A DNA stretch of 64,000 nucleotides from Azolla caroliniana (taxonomy: Eukaryota > Plantae > Polypodiophyta), in NCBI GenBank assembly GCA_043228905.1, contig JBHGNT010000001.1, positions 5,084,001 through 5,148,000 of the forward strand. Reading direction: 5' to 3'. The position numbers and the translations under genes are program-made. Positions within the stretch are counted from its first letter, which is position 1. Each line of letters opens with the position of its first letter. Shown in pieces: positions 26,801 through 41,400 of this stretch. Under the pieces are notes generated by a model. That model was given only the letters and a program-made list of their open reading frames with translations, made no database searches and was not told where the DNA came from.

Positions 26801-28864
26801 TAGTACTATTAAAATGATTTTCTTAATCGAATTCATGTCACATATCACAGGCCTCAAAATCTCTAAAGGACAGACCATAAAGATTAGCATATCTCTTGAG
26901 GAAATAGTGAAGAGATTGCTTCATGCCAAAGACATTAGTTTGCAGATATATATACACCACTTATAGACAAAATATTCTAGGTTTCTCAAAGAAGATTCAA
27001 GATTAGTGCAGAAACATTATAATAGATTCATTCCCCTAGAACCCCATAAACATTCAAGTCTTTGCTTATTTTTGCAGATTGTTTGGGCAGTTCCTGAAGA
27101 GAAAGAGGGAGCAGTAATATAACAAATTATTTACAAAAAAAAGGATGGAAAGTATAAACCCAGATTTACATGAGAAAACTTCTTGACCATGATATCGGCT
27201 GGTTTCAAAGTGAATAAACCGAAAAGATTGAAATGTGTCATTGCATCACCTCCTGAGCTGATGAAGCAATAGTCCCATTCGTAATGGTCACTGACGATGC
27301 TCCAAAACTCATTAGTGCTTCTACCAATTCATCCTGTTAAAATAGGAATTATTTGAAGTAACACCAGGCATCAAAACTTCAATGTAACTTATATGATCTC
27401 AGCCCTTTTTTCTTTGGGTCATTTTGACAAAGAGCTGTCAAAAAGATGAGTGCACAAGATCACTGAATAAGCATACATATGTTAATAGATAATTCTAGAC
27501 TGAAGAAGATCTGATGAATGCATAAGAAAATCATATAAAACACAGTCACGCAAATAAGATTTAGTACATTTCCATAAAACCTCGATTCACTATAGCAAAA
27601 ATACAAAAACCAAATAATTTAATCCACGTCTACAATACAAGAATATAATCTTTCATAAAGAAAGAATGTTAATCCTCATCTTTCTCAACTGACGGATTTC
27701 CAAAGCAAGAAAGCATCATTAATTCTTGTCAAACTGATTTCTCAATCCACCACCCATCATCAAAGCATTTGATATATTTACTCTAGCCGAAATGATTTTC
27801 CGTCGCATTAAAAATATTATCAATTCAAGTCTTAATGGTTGTCCATCATACAAAAATGTAAATTTGGCATAAGATGTCTCAGATTCAACATATTGGCAAA
27901 TCAGTAATCCAGAACCAATAAATGGGAAGATTTCATTTTAAGAGGAACAATATGCATTTAACTTGCACCAAAGTATCAGAACAGCAATTAAATCTAAACA
28001 ATTTGATTATTCATCTTAAATTTACATCTGATGCATCCATTTCTTTCTATAGATTTTAATCACTATGTCTTCATTTTACTGTTTCTAACTTAATCAAAAT
28101 CTGTATTCACCTGTTGCATTTACGTTGGGGTTTCAGCATATGATTTGGAAATTTAAGTTAGGTTTAAGCGTCTCTATCTATTTGGCAATGCAATAAAATT
28201 AGATATCTAAATTTAAATTGTGATCTCAATTTTATCACTGCATGAACAACTATCTTATATCCAGCTGATTCTCCAAAAGACTTAACAGAGATATCTCTAA
28301 TTCATGCAACACTTTTGCTTTGAAATCACTGTTAGAATGCATAAACCTATTCTTGGTATGCAAAACCATTAGAATTCAAGCTTCATGATCTCTTGTAAGA
28401 ATATTCAAATGGTTCATATCTATCCCAAAGAAGATTAATACAGATAATTCTTCAATGATGAAAATCCAACCATATTCTTTTTTCAAGACTGTAATTGGCC
28501 ACCAAACATTGTTGGTAATAGCAGCACCATAATAGCCTAGCGCCTTGTTTGGATGCTACCTTCTATACAACATTTTCCACCAACTGCTCAGGAAGATTAT
28601 ACTGAAGCCCCTAGAGAACTTAATACTGATGCTTTCACGATATTTAATTCTGATTCTATGAGCAAACTGATAGTATTTCTAAATTGAGTGGGGTTTTTTC
28701 AAATAAAACTAATTATCTCTGCAGAATCTTACTCCTTTTATCAAAATGCAGTTTGAGATTCAGCACCTATTGCAACTTTCCTTATTTTAGGATCTTACTC
28801 CATAATTTGAACATAATGATAACAAGAAGAGAAAGATCCGTTCATTTTATTACATACATATATG

Positions 28865-28895
<31 letters not shown>

Positions 28896-29629
28896 GTACA
28901 TAAATATCTGAACCCATATATATGTACAAGAATATATATAAGTTCTTATTCAAATAATTGATTTTTCGATATGCCCTCTGCATGAATATGCGTATAAGTA
29001 ATGGATGTGTGTACATGTGTATGCATCAGTGTATGTTTGTGTATACACACACATATGTATGAATACACGTACATATACATGTGTATGTATCAATTTATGC
29101 ATGTGTAAATGTGTGTGCATCACATGTTACATTATACACATATAAGTTCTAAATTCAAATGATATGGAGCCTCTATGCCCTTCAATAACACTTTTTTTTT
29201 GTAAAAAAGAAGGTCACCAGAAAAATTAATTATCCTAACATAGACAGAGTGAGTGAGTGAGTGAGTGAGAGGAAGAAAGAGGAAAGAGAATAAAAATGGA
29301 GAGAGAATTACTGCAATCTCGCCCTTGCATTCTAATGTGGCTGATACTGTGGGGATAATATAGTTTCTGTAGCTGGTGGCGCTGCTGTTGCTGTTGCTGT
29401 TGCTGTTGCAGCTGCAGTTGGGGTGCAGAGCATCATCCTCACCAGTGAGATTACGAGGTGGGGGAGGATTAAGAACTTCCTTCTTACTGTTACTGAGGCA
29501 CCTCACCTGGGAAACAGGAGAGTTGCGAGAGAATATGGAGGAGGCAGCAGGGGAAGGAGAGGAAGAAGAGAAGAGGCAGAGCCTGGCAAGGCTACTACTA
29601 CAACTCAACACAAGTAGCTTCATCATCAT
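23839..29629 (-). CDS. PRMA: Ribosomal protein L11 methyltransferase (PrmA-like) with organellar transit peptide
   Basis: Exons ~29311-29629, 27250-27333, 25408-25549, 24729-24794, 24467-24635, 24087-24363, 23839-23946. Motifs [67 protein letters not shown]. Ser-rich N-terminus. Confidence 0.92.
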
Positions 29630-30839
29630 CTTTCACTAGTATAGTAGTCTTGTGGGAAATATGAGTCTGAGAAAATCAGAGAGACCAAGACCTCGGGCCT
29701 CTCTGTTTTAACTTTTAACTTTTTATTATGAGTTGGGTGGGGGCCCTCGGCCTCTCTCATGGGTCAATCAAAACCTTGGGATATGGCCCTCTCATGCTGC
29801 ACCAAGTGTTCTCTCTAATGGACATTGAAATTTTGAGCGTGGCATCGGGCACTTTGGCCGGACAATCCTCTCGAGTGCTAGGACTTTCGGTTTGATCTCC
29901 ACAAGATCCCAAATGTGTAACCGAGAGTTGGGCGGTGGATCAGTTCGAGAATAGAAAACATGGTGGGGTAGTGAACCTTGTTGTGTAAAATAGGACATTC
30001 ATGATAAACGGCCAATCGGGCATGTAACACTCCCAACTCTCCAATTTTGATTGTAGAAGAAGAATATTTAAGGATTGGAAAGGTAACTCTTGTGTTGTCA
30101 TATATATATATAAGTTGCAATTGTTAAAATAGAATTTACAGCTTTGCTACCTCCCTCACCACTCTCAATATTGTGTTATTTGGGCATTCGCTCTCTTCAC
30201 TTCCATTTGTGGTTGTTTGTATACCTATAGTGTTTGTCTTAATCTTACCATTTTCGTAAATTTCACGCTTGGCATAAACTCCGTACTAAATTATGTGGGT
30301 TCTATTCGGAGTCTTTGCATTGGAATGTTTACACGGGGTTGGTCTATGCCCGTTCTCCTCAATAAGTGGTATTAGAGTTGCACGTTCAATCATAGTGCCT
30401 AAAAAATATGAGAAGATTTGGAAGAAGGAAACAACATGCACGAACCCAATAAGAAAAGGGAGAGGGAGAGGGAGAAGAGGAGATGTGGATTAACAATTGA
30501 GAGTTGAGTGAAGACAAGGGTCTCATTGAGTCGAGTGTGATCACAAAACGGACTCAATACATATCATCAAAATCCGCCACATCAACAAATATATCCCAAG
30601 GCTCGTCCAACATTATTCCACAATGAAGAAATCTTAAGGAGAAAGAGAAAGTATCAATGTTTATTTCTTAGTCTTAGACAATGAAAACTCGTTGAAATTG
30701 TCAAAGAATATAGGAAAATACAAGCTCACACAAGGTTTACTTTATGAGACTAGAGAGATTTGGAAGTTCCTTTGAGAGCTTCTAATGTACAATGTGACAC
30801 CGAATAAAGTCAACTTCACATTAAAATCATCTCTCTCTC

Positions 30840-30851
<12 letters not shown>

Positions 30852-30922
<71 letters not shown>

Positions 30923-30937
30923 ATGTATGTATGTATG
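30852..30937. repeat. Compound (GT)n(ATGT)n microsatellite
   Basis: Direct reading. Confidence 0.95.
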
Positions 30938-31557
30938 TGTATTTGTGTGCATACATTTTTGTATCTATTTGTTCCATTATGTTGAAGGGCATGCACCATT
31001 CTCCAATATTCTCTTCATTGTCTTTTCAAGCATTAAGTGCATGTATTGAGCCCTCCAGCGTATGCAAAGAATAAAAATCATCTTGATGCAAATACTATAT
31101 TTCTAGCATTTGTTATTTCCCTAATAGTAAATGGTTATAACCCACATCCTCCCTAATTACGACCATTTCTCTCTTGTTCAATGAAGGAAATACAATTGTA
31201 ATTGAGATCATTATGCACTCACATCTACAACCACATTCAGGATCTCGTGATTGAGAGAATAAAGGTTGTTCCATTGAGTGATTGATGCTGGGAAACATTT
31301 CCTGGCATTGGTGTATGCATCATATTGTGGGATGAGGTGCTCAATATCCCAACTATCAACATAGATTAGAGCCAAATTCTATGCTAATGCACATAAAACA
31401 GTCTTTAAAAGCCATCTTCTAAACCTTGTATCTACTCTTGGTCATCATTGATAGAAAATAGGTTTGTACACATCATTCTCTACATAGAAAACATTGGAAT
31501 ATATAACAACCTTCGTCCACCCAAGTGGTTGAAAACAAGCACAAATATTGTAATAAG

Positions 31558-31701
31558 TGTGTGAATTGGTTCTTCCAAATGTGTGTCAGTGTTGTGTCAA
31601 CCCAAGATCTACACTTCCTTTTATCTTCGAATATAGAACATGAATATATATATGTGGCGCAAGATCTATACTTCCCTTTTTTGTTCGAATGTAGAACATG
31701 A

Positions 31702-31734
<33 letters not shown>

Positions 31735-31810
31735 TGTATGTGAATTGGTTCTTCCAAATGTTTGTCGGTGTTGTGTCAACCCAAGATCTACAGTTCACTT
31801 TTTCTTCGAT
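31558..31810. repeat. Local direct duplication (~70 bp homologous, ~179-bp spacing) around an (ATGT)n tract
   Basis: TGTGAATTGGTTCTTCCAAATGT.TGTC.GTGTTGTGTCAACCCAAGATCTACA at ~31560 and ~31739. Confidence 0.85.
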
Positions 31811-32869
31811 TAAGTTAAAAGTTTTTATTTTGGGGGAATACATTTCGGATATCATGGTTAGTTAACCTCTATATAGAATATGATGTGTATATATTAGTAT
31901 TGCCTATTAAAAAAGTTTAAGTCACACGATGTTTACATGGTGTTGATATTGATAGCTTCTTCTTAATTTGCGGTTGATGTTTCTATCCCTATTACTCTAC
32001 AATATTGTCTCTTTATTTGTTTATTATTCTCTCCCAAGAGTTTGTGAAACGTTTACTTATTTACTGGCCAAGTTTCCATACGTGGATGAAATTACAAGGA
32101 CTTCAATAAAGATCCAACATATTTTATAAAAGATTGTGGGATTTATTTTCCATTATATGTATTTCCAAGAGTCATGTTCAAGAATTCAACCGACATCTAA
32201 TGACCAAACAATCTCTCCAACAGACACACACATGGGATGGGGATGGTTCATGTTACTATATTTAAAAACACACACAAAGATAAGTCATGTAACCATATTT
32301 GCAACCAGGTATTGACAATAAGCAATGTAAAATGTGGTAGCATATAGACGATGGGAGCAAAAGAGACATTCCTCCAAGGATATCCACAAGGTGAACAAAC
32401 AAATTGTGTCAAGTTCCTTATACGAGCCATTCACCATCAATGTGAAATTGGGCCGAGCAAGAAAACAATGAATGACCTTAGCCCCCACACCATCACCACC
32501 ACATGATCAACCAACAAAACTTAAAGAACATAAGAACAGAATAAGTAAAACTTCCCTCTCTTTTTTGGGGTAAATAGGATAATCATCCCATAAATGCTTT
32601 TGGCATCATCACGTGGAACAAAATGGAGTAAATAATGTAATGTACTTGTTTATTTATGAAACCAAAAAGGGGCCCTCCAAACGTGTGATGCACGTGCTCT
32701 CTCACTCTAGATTCTCTCATTCTGCACCCCACGTTTCTTTTCTCTTTTCTCTTTTCTTCTTCATCATCATGTTCATGGAGATCTCAGCGCCCCTCCTCTT
32801 ATCATCTATACTATATCACACTTCTTCATAGCCATCATTCATACCACTGTCTTGTCAACTCATCGAACC

Positions 32870-35842
32870 ATGGATGATGCCCACCCACTTCCACACAACG
32901 TCAATGCCCAAGCAGAATTGGATCCCTCTCATTTGTATGATGAATCGGATGTTGACTCCTGCACCATTGCCACCAATTTCAATCCTAATCCGATGACCCC
33001 ATCTAGTCCTCCATCATGCCCCCTTGATCCATCAACACAACAAACTCTAGTTCTTTCTTCACCAACTCATCATCATGAGGCCATTACACCCGTGGACACC
33101 ACTAGCATTCACAATAATTCGAAATCTCATGGAACAGATGTTGATGTTCCCCTTGAGCAAGGAGAACCCTCAGGTAAGGTTATGAACTGCGTTATTAAAG
33201 CGTATTCATGGTCTAGAATTTAGAATATTGCACAATATACATATTATATCTCATCAATTGAGCCCATTCATAATGATACTAGACATGTAATTACACATGT
33301 GATTGTCAATGGACTTGATTAATTTTGCATTAGCATGTTTGCATTATGAATGTGCAACGTTGTTTGAAGAGACGGATGGTTGCACATGAAGATGGCCAAT
33401 TGGCTTAACCATTGACATCATGAACCATTTTAAAACTATGAACTAACCCATGGTCTTAGCAAAAGAGCTATAATTCCACATTGTATGATCTTTGGCCTAT
33501 TTGACTTTTAGGTGTGATGAATATTATGCTCATATATAAAAAAGTGGGAATTAACACTTTTGGTGTTGTGCATTATAATGCATGGTGCCTTGGGCCTAGA
33601 AGAAGTCGAGATGATCAAAGAAAGATTTGCGAAGCTTCTTCTTGGAGAGGATTTGTCTGGTGGAGGTAAGGGAGTTTCAACTGCTCTCGCCATCTCCAAT
33701 GCAATCACCAATGTTTCTGGTAATTTTAATACCCACTATTGGTTCTCTTGGATTTTATTGAAAGACAAAACTATATAATATGCTTTATCTAGCATTAAAA
33801 CTTTCCAAGAGTAGCTTCAATTTTTGGTGAGCTTCGGCAACTCGAACCGTTGTCAAATGAGCGAAAAGTACGATGGCAACGAGAGATGGAACGACTCCTC
33901 TCGGTTAGCGATTACATTATTGAATATGATGCTTCATTAAAATCCTTGGATGATGGGAGCACAATAAAGGTATTTATCTATGTATGCTTTCATCAAACAA
34001 GAGATTGCAATTTCTAGTGCATTACTTTGATGATTTCTTTTATGGTTTAAGTTTTGCATACCATTATAGGTCATGGAAGCGAAACATCGACGAGACCTCC
34101 ATATCTACCTTCCGGCCTTAAAGAAGCTTGATACAATGCTAATTGTAGATACCTTACCCCAAAGTTTGTTTCTAAACGTTAACTAAGTATAATAGACAAT
34201 AACCTTAAAGGCGTATTTTTAATGAGGCCATAGATTTACCTAAATAACCCTTTAATGTGAATTTTTCTATATAATTGCAAATTTCTGTCTTAAATCCAAT
34301 TGAGAATGTTGTGTCTAGAAATAATGTGTCGAATGAATGGCTAGTTTAAAAAATCCCTTGTATTCAAATGCATCTTGCAAGGCTACATGGTTATATACAT
34401 ACATATTAATTTTACCAATGACCCCGCCAAACCATGAGATACCTCTACCCTAGAGAAAGGGTGGTACCGTTGGTTGTCTTTTATAGTTTGATTAGTGAAA
34501 TCCTAGTTCTATGCCCAAACCATAGCAACTACTAATCTCCATCCCATCAACTTTCAAGTGTCAAACTCATATGCTAAATTATTGTGTGCATGTACATAAA
34601 TCTTTGGCCTCATTGACTCCAAATGTTTCAATCTGTACGCTCACTTGCAAACAAGTTCTTCAGCAGAGAAAGGTTGCCATGAGGATCTGTGAACATAACA
34701 GTACATTTGGATTGCCGTGTTTGTTGTTGATTGATTAGGAGACTTTGGATAGCTTCAGCGACACTAGCTTTTGGTATACCGATCCATCCACAAGTAATGG
34801 GGGGACGGAAAGTGATGCACAGAGCCCAAATCAGAGCCGTGTAGATCGATGGTGGCTTCCCACTCCTAAGGTTCCTCCTGGTGGCCTATCCCCAGAAGTA
34901 AGGAAGCATTTGCACCACCAAAGAGAGTGTGTCAACCAAATCCTGAAAGCAGCATTAGCTGTAAATGCCCAAACCCTCTCTGAAATGAAGGTTCCTGTAA
35001 CTTATGTGGATTCATTGCCAAAGGTATGCAACCTGGTAAATTCTACGACCAACTTTAAATATGTCCAACAAAATTACAAACCAAAATCAGGTTATGGCCT
35101 TCTCTTGGAATTTTCATGTATTTTTATTTTTATTTATGTAGAATGGGAGATTAAGCTTAGGTGACACAATATATCGTACGATGAGATCAGAGAAGTTTTC
35201 GGCTACCGAGTTAATCTCTTGTATGGACCCAAACCAAGAACACAACATCGTCGATTTAATGAACAGTGTTGAAGCGGCTCTTCACATATGGAAGCGAAAG
35301 GTCCGAACCATTAAACAGGCCCGCATTGAATCAAAAGATGGTCAATTGAATAAGGTGTTGCGAGGGACATTCTCGAAAGAAGGGTTGATAGGTTTAGAGA
35401 AGAGGCAAATGTTGATGGAGAGAGCCGAGAGCTTGTTGTTATTGATGAGGTTGAAATTTCCAGGCATGCCCCAATCCATTCTAGATGTGAGCAAGATACA
35501 ATATTGCAAGGTGAGTATTTGATCCTCCTATTTTCTCATGCTCATCAACAGCCTACCAAATGACGGTTTCACAAATATGTTTCCGTGTAGGATGTCGGTC
35601 AATCAATATTGGAAAGTTATTCAAGAGTATTAGAGAGCTTGGCTTACAACATACGATCTCGGATCGATGACGTTATATATGCCGATGAACTTGCAAAGTT
35701 AGAACAAACTTCTTCTTTGTCAACAAGCATGTCCAAAAGCGAAAGTTATTCAACTCCACCCATTCCTTTGTTTTTGTCTTGCTCTGGACTTTCCTTGTAT
35801 GATGAGCATCCACATGAGCCCAAGTCTCCCTCAATACCATAG
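32870..35842 (+). CDS. ROPGEF: ROP guanine nucleotide exchange factor (PRONE domain)
   Basis: Seven exons ~32870-33173, 33600-33719, 33815-33969, 34070-34144, 34739-35023, 35142-35510, 35591-35842. Motifs [79 protein letters not shown]. Confidence 0.95.
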
Positions 35843-38470
35843 TTATCCAAATTGTGCCCAAAAACATGGTCAAGTCATCCATGAACTCGTGGGGTCAATG
35901 AACTCGTGGGGTCAAGTCATCCATGAACTCGTGTACTAACTTGTAGCATTCAATATGTGCATGATCATAAAACTATGCTTGAACACTTGCTAGAAATTGC
36001 AAGGTCTTGAAGGTTGGCCTTCAACTTGTAAACACAAGCTTATGGGATTGAGATTTAACTTACAAAACCATATTTCGGTTGAGCTAATATTCAACATTCC
36101 ACATTGCGCATCAATTATATATTAAATGTCGTTTTTGTAAGTCTTCCATTAAAAATATTGAGTGACCACTATTATTAGCCTTACATGTTGTTGGCCCATA
36201 CTCCAAATGTCCCTATACTAACTAGAGCCCATGATATTATAACCTTAGAACATTTATTCGATTAGTGTCGATGCACTCTACCAACTTGCGTATGGCTTTT
36301 TGATACTCAACCCCCTATCATTGTCTTGTATGCAAGATCATAATCTCAATTGGTAATGCAATGATCATAGCATATCAATATCGATAATTTGAAGTTACGT
36401 GGTGAATTGAATCTACATATAGTCAACGACCGCATATCATGTACTTACAATTACACGACAACATTGTACCTTCATGATACATCCATCAATGGTAATTGAA
36501 TACTCTATGCCAACCATCATTTCATGCAAAACCTAATTGCATCGAATACTTGAATGTTTGCAGCTCTTTATACTTAGTTGAAAAGGAGATCATTTTGACA
36601 ATTGTAGTCACTTCTCACGCGACACCATCTTTGGATGGACAATAATGACAAAATACCATAAATTTCTTTCCAACAATCGTCAAGTACTCAGTTCAAAAGA
36701 GGTATTGCAACACTTGGGATTGAAAAGTATGCAATGTTTTGTTTTTAATTAAATGATATTTTCATAGTTTTTCCACTACAAAAAGGATCACATTTTGTAG
36801 AAGTGAAAGCACTTTGCTACCAAAACAAAACAATACATGTAGGACTACTGTATTCATTTGCATATTTACCTCAATGCCCTTCATTTTCTAGAAAATGTAC
36901 CCCTTTAGCGTTTAGGGTTTATGTAGTACACTAACTCTTTGCATGCTTCAGGGGAATGTAACCAAGAGCACATATGTGAAGCTCGTTTATCTAAAGATAG
37001 TGCCCAGTGTAACAAATGCACATATTGATTTCTTCTTCAACAGGCCAACCTCCACCTTTAACGAGCTTACTGAAGAAAATCATGGGATGATAGTGGCCTA
37101 CATATATTGGTGGCATAGGATCTGTCATAATTCTATTTAGTATTCAACAATAACCACACAATTACTGAAGTAATTCCATCTTCCCAAGAGGAGCTCAAAA
37201 AAGAGAACATACATTGAGTCTGTAAGGCAGTACTGTTTAACCACCAAGCATAGCATTCAACAATATTACTTACAGACATCCATTTTTCCAAGAAAACCTC
37301 AAAAAGTGACCTGGGGCCTGTGACAGTACCATATATAGCCTCCATTTTATATTATTGGCACTACTATATTGGGGTCTGTAAGTGTTCCACAGTAAAGAGT
37401 AGTATTACTTCAGGCTTTCCACAGTAAACAGTCAAATTACTTCAGGCTTTCCATTTTCCCAAGAGCTTGAAAACTGACTATACTGTTTAGCCTGTGCTTA
37501 AGAGTTAACAGTAAAGAGTAGAATTATGTCAGAATTTTCATTTTTCCAAGAAGAGCTCGAAAAGTGACCAACGTATATTAGGGTCTCTTCATTCACACGA
37601 TTTCTCACGATCCAATGAGATCAGTGTCATATTATCACCATCAAACTCCAATATTGTCTAAGCAGGAAAAATAATCACTTCATTCACAATATTTCTCCCG
37701 ATCCAATGAGGTCAGTTTTGAATTATCACCGTCGAACTCCAATAGTGTCTAAGCTGGAAAATAATATATTAATCCAGCTCAAACTGTGTCCAATTAGGAA
37801 ACCCATAAATATTTAGTCAATCAACCCAAATTAGGTTTAGTAGGAAGAAATATAAATTACTCCAAGTCACATTCACATAGGGATTTCGCGGCATATTAAA
37901 AAGTAAAGAGGCTCTAGATATCTTCTCTAAGAAAAAAAAACAAGATACAAGGTAAAATCAACGCATGGACAAGCATTTAGGACATTTTAGAAAGTGTCAA
38001 CTCTCAGCACTAGAAATCCTTGATCATGCCTAGGACAAGTTTGGCAACCCCCAAACATGCACAAAAATGCTTGTACACTTTATCTTGTCTGAAGTGTAAA
38101 CTCTCCTGCACTGAAAATCAGTACTGAGTGATTCCCAGCATTTTGCTCACGATCCCAGCTTCCAAAAAACGAAGATATATTCTGCAAGAAGCCAGCATTC
38201 CTCTGATGGATTCCTGATCATCCACCATAGTTTCATCTCTCCAATGTGGAGTGTGCCCAGAAAAACATATTTAGTCATTGTTTATACATCATACACAGAA
38301 TCATCATCAATATGTAGAGAGCAATGAAGAGGCTTATAGTTGTCGACCTTCACAAGACACTGCTAGAATTGAAGGTTTCACAAACCAGTGACAAACCATA
38401 GATCACATCGTTGAAGCTTTTTCTTTTGGTCTTTGGCATTGAGCAGCATGAAGATGATTCCAGAAAAAAA

Positions 38471-41400
38471 TCAGCCAAATGGATTGCCATTAGGATTCTC
38501 GGTATTAAAATGGAAGGAACCTTGTGGAAGAGGTTGTGCATCTGTTCCCAACTTGTTGCTGAACGATCCATGTGAACTATGAGGTTGTGATTGAAATAGA
38601 GGATCGGTACCAAACATATTGCCAAAGGATCCAGCTGAATGCTGTGATATAAGATGCTGCTGCTGACTAACATTGGGGTAGAATGAATCTGTATTCGCAC
38701 TACTTCCACCAGGCATACCTAGTGAGCTATGATGCAAAGGAAATTGAGGAGGATTCCCTTCAACATTAGGACCTGACGCTCCATATGAACTATTCCGGAA
38801 AGACGTATATGGAGGTGAAACACTGCTTTGATTCTGGAAAAACATATATGGAGGTGAAACGCCACTTTGGTTTGGCATGCTCAAGAAGTTTGGTAGAGCT
38901 CTTGGATCCACACCTTGTTGCCTACATCATGCATGTAAAGCAATGTTAGCTAAGGTAATAGTTAGATGTTCTTTCCAATTCCTTGAACGCATATATATAG
39001 ACCATATGAGTGATCCAACTGATAAATGCCACCTTGTAGAAACCAGAAACTTACATCATTTGGGGAAAGTTTGCCATTTGTTGGCCTTTAAAATTCGCAG
39101 TCACTGCATATACAAAAGCTAGACTTTACGCATCACGAATAAAAGTATGCGGATATAAATGAGCCAATATCCTTTCTAACCCACAAATAAATCAGAGGAG
39201 AAGCTAAGATCCCTTCTTACATTAATGCGTGAAGCAACTCGAACTACAATCACCCAAACATCACTGCTAGCCAATAGCTCAACATAACCACGCTAAAATT
39301 TTAACTAAGAAGTTTCATCTACCACATACAACATAAGATAGATATATATACCTCCAAATCAGCTCAACTACCACTTCCAACCACAGCATTCTTATAAGCT
39401 TATAATCAATATGTTCAACATAGATTGTGATAGAGAGGAAAACATTAACTTAAAATCTACCACTTAAAAGATACATATTTATATCTATTTCCAAGATAGT
39501 AAACACATCTATATAGCTCCACATCAGTTCAACTACCACTCCTATTTATCAATATAAGCAGTATGTTCATCTATCACTCATCAATCTGAGTAATGAGAGG
39601 GAAAACCAGCAAGAAGCGCACAATATTACATCACAGGCATTCTAACGCAAGAAGTACTTGATCACTTGAAACCCATCGACAATCTTCAAATGCCATTATC
39701 AAGTTTTCTCATGAGTGAGTGAATAAGTGAGTCTTCACATCCAGTGCAAGAAATATTATTATCAGAACATTTTCGAGAGTTGATGAATACGTCCACCCGT
39801 AGTTAACGCAGCTTGAGCTTCCCCAGCCCATGTTAAATTCAAGACTACATAGCAAGACACATTTTCCGGGCGAACAATAAAATTGCAAAAATGAAAGCAG
39901 AAGATTGCTGACGTTTTTAAGTGGTTTTTAGAAGATACCTGATGGTGGGTAGGATGTTTGTGGTTGAACTACTGCATTTGTCTGATTCCATAGGACACCA
40001 TAACCATTAACTCCAGGCCCAGTCACTGGCATTGATGGAATACCAAAATTTGGAAGTGCTGCTTGCATTGAGGTCATACTGGGAAACTGCCACACCACAA
40101 GAATACCAAAATTATGTGTCAAGAAAAACTATGATATTAATTCATTAACAAGAAAAGCAGAATGTACATTCTCACATTATACACTGTTAGAACATTAATT
40201 CTAGAACCCAGAGATACAACTATCTAAAAGATTCTAGTTTTTAGACTAATGATGCAGAACAGTATCCAGGCTTGTTATATATGCATGTATGCAGGATTTA
40301 GAATACATCATATATTAGCATGTACCAGTAGGGATCGGCAACGGTTCGGTTTAGGCTTAGCCGGTTTGGCCTGATCCAAGCCAAACCGGCTAAGCCTAAA
40401 CCGTTTACAGGATCTCAAACCTGAGCCGAGCCGGTTCACAAACCGGTTTAGGCTAAACCAGTTTATGCTAAACCGGTTTGTGAACCGGCTTGGTAAACGG
40501 CTTGTAAACCGGTTTCCAAACCGGTTTAGAAACCTCCGTCTCTCTCTCTCTCTCTCAGATGATCCCTCCCACTCTCTCTCACGTCTGTGGTCTCGACTCT
40601 CTCTCCCTCTCCCTCTCTCTCCCCTCTATGTAAATCCTCTCTCTCTCCCCTCTATGTAGTTCCTCTCTCTCTCTCTCTCTCTCTCACGTCTATGGTCTCG
40701 ACTCTCCCTCCCTCTCTCTCTCTCCCCCCTCTATGTAGTCTCTCTCTCTCTCCCCTCTATGTAGTTCCTCTCTCTCTCTCTCTCTCTCTCCTTATATGTT
40801 GTCTCCCTCCCTCTCTCTCTCTCTCCTCGTTTGTGTAGTCTCTCTCTCTCTCTCTCCTTATATGTTGTCTCCCTCCCTCTCTCTCTCTCTCCTCGTTTGT
40901 GTAGTCTCTCTCTCTCTCTCTCCTTATATGTTGTCTCCCTCCCTCTGTCTCTCTCTCCTCGTCTATGTAGTTCTCCCTCCCTTACTCTCTCTCTCTTTCC
41001 CCTTGTCTGTTGTCTCTCTCCCCCTCTCTAAAGTTTATAAACAGCTTAAACGGTTTAGCCGGCTTAGCCGGCTTGAGCCGGTTTGGCGAGGCTCAAGCCA
41101 AGCCGAGCCGAGCTCAAACCGTTAAGGCAAGTTCAAGCCTAAACCGAGCCGAGCCGAGCCGCTAAGCCGCTAAGCCGTTTTCAAGCCAGCTAAGCCAAAC
41201 GGTTTAGGCTTGAGCCGAGCCGTTGCCGATCCCTATGTACCAGTTCAACTTTACACGAGTGAATAGAATCATACATTCTATCTATCATAAGCAGTATCCA
41301 TTAGAATTTAATATGAAGACCTGATCAGCTGATGCGCCTAATGGTGTATCACCAGGAATGTCAAATGGATTTCTTGATTTTTGAGGTTGACTGTAATTGC

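Noticed and set aside
23839-29629. Recent horizontal transfer of bacterial prmA
   Set aside because: It has spliceosomal introns and a transit peptide; PrmA is a normal plant nuclear gene.
30742-31074. CVCV/HTHT ORFs
   Set aside because: Microsatellite translation.
37390-37765. Short local duplications between RopGEF and ArfGAP (also 26098-26215, 22490-22680, 8070-8320)
   Set aside because: Ordinary diverged slippage duplications with no structure suggesting function.
40465-41125. Ser/Leu-rich ORFs
   Set aside because: Translation of the CT-rich MITE core.
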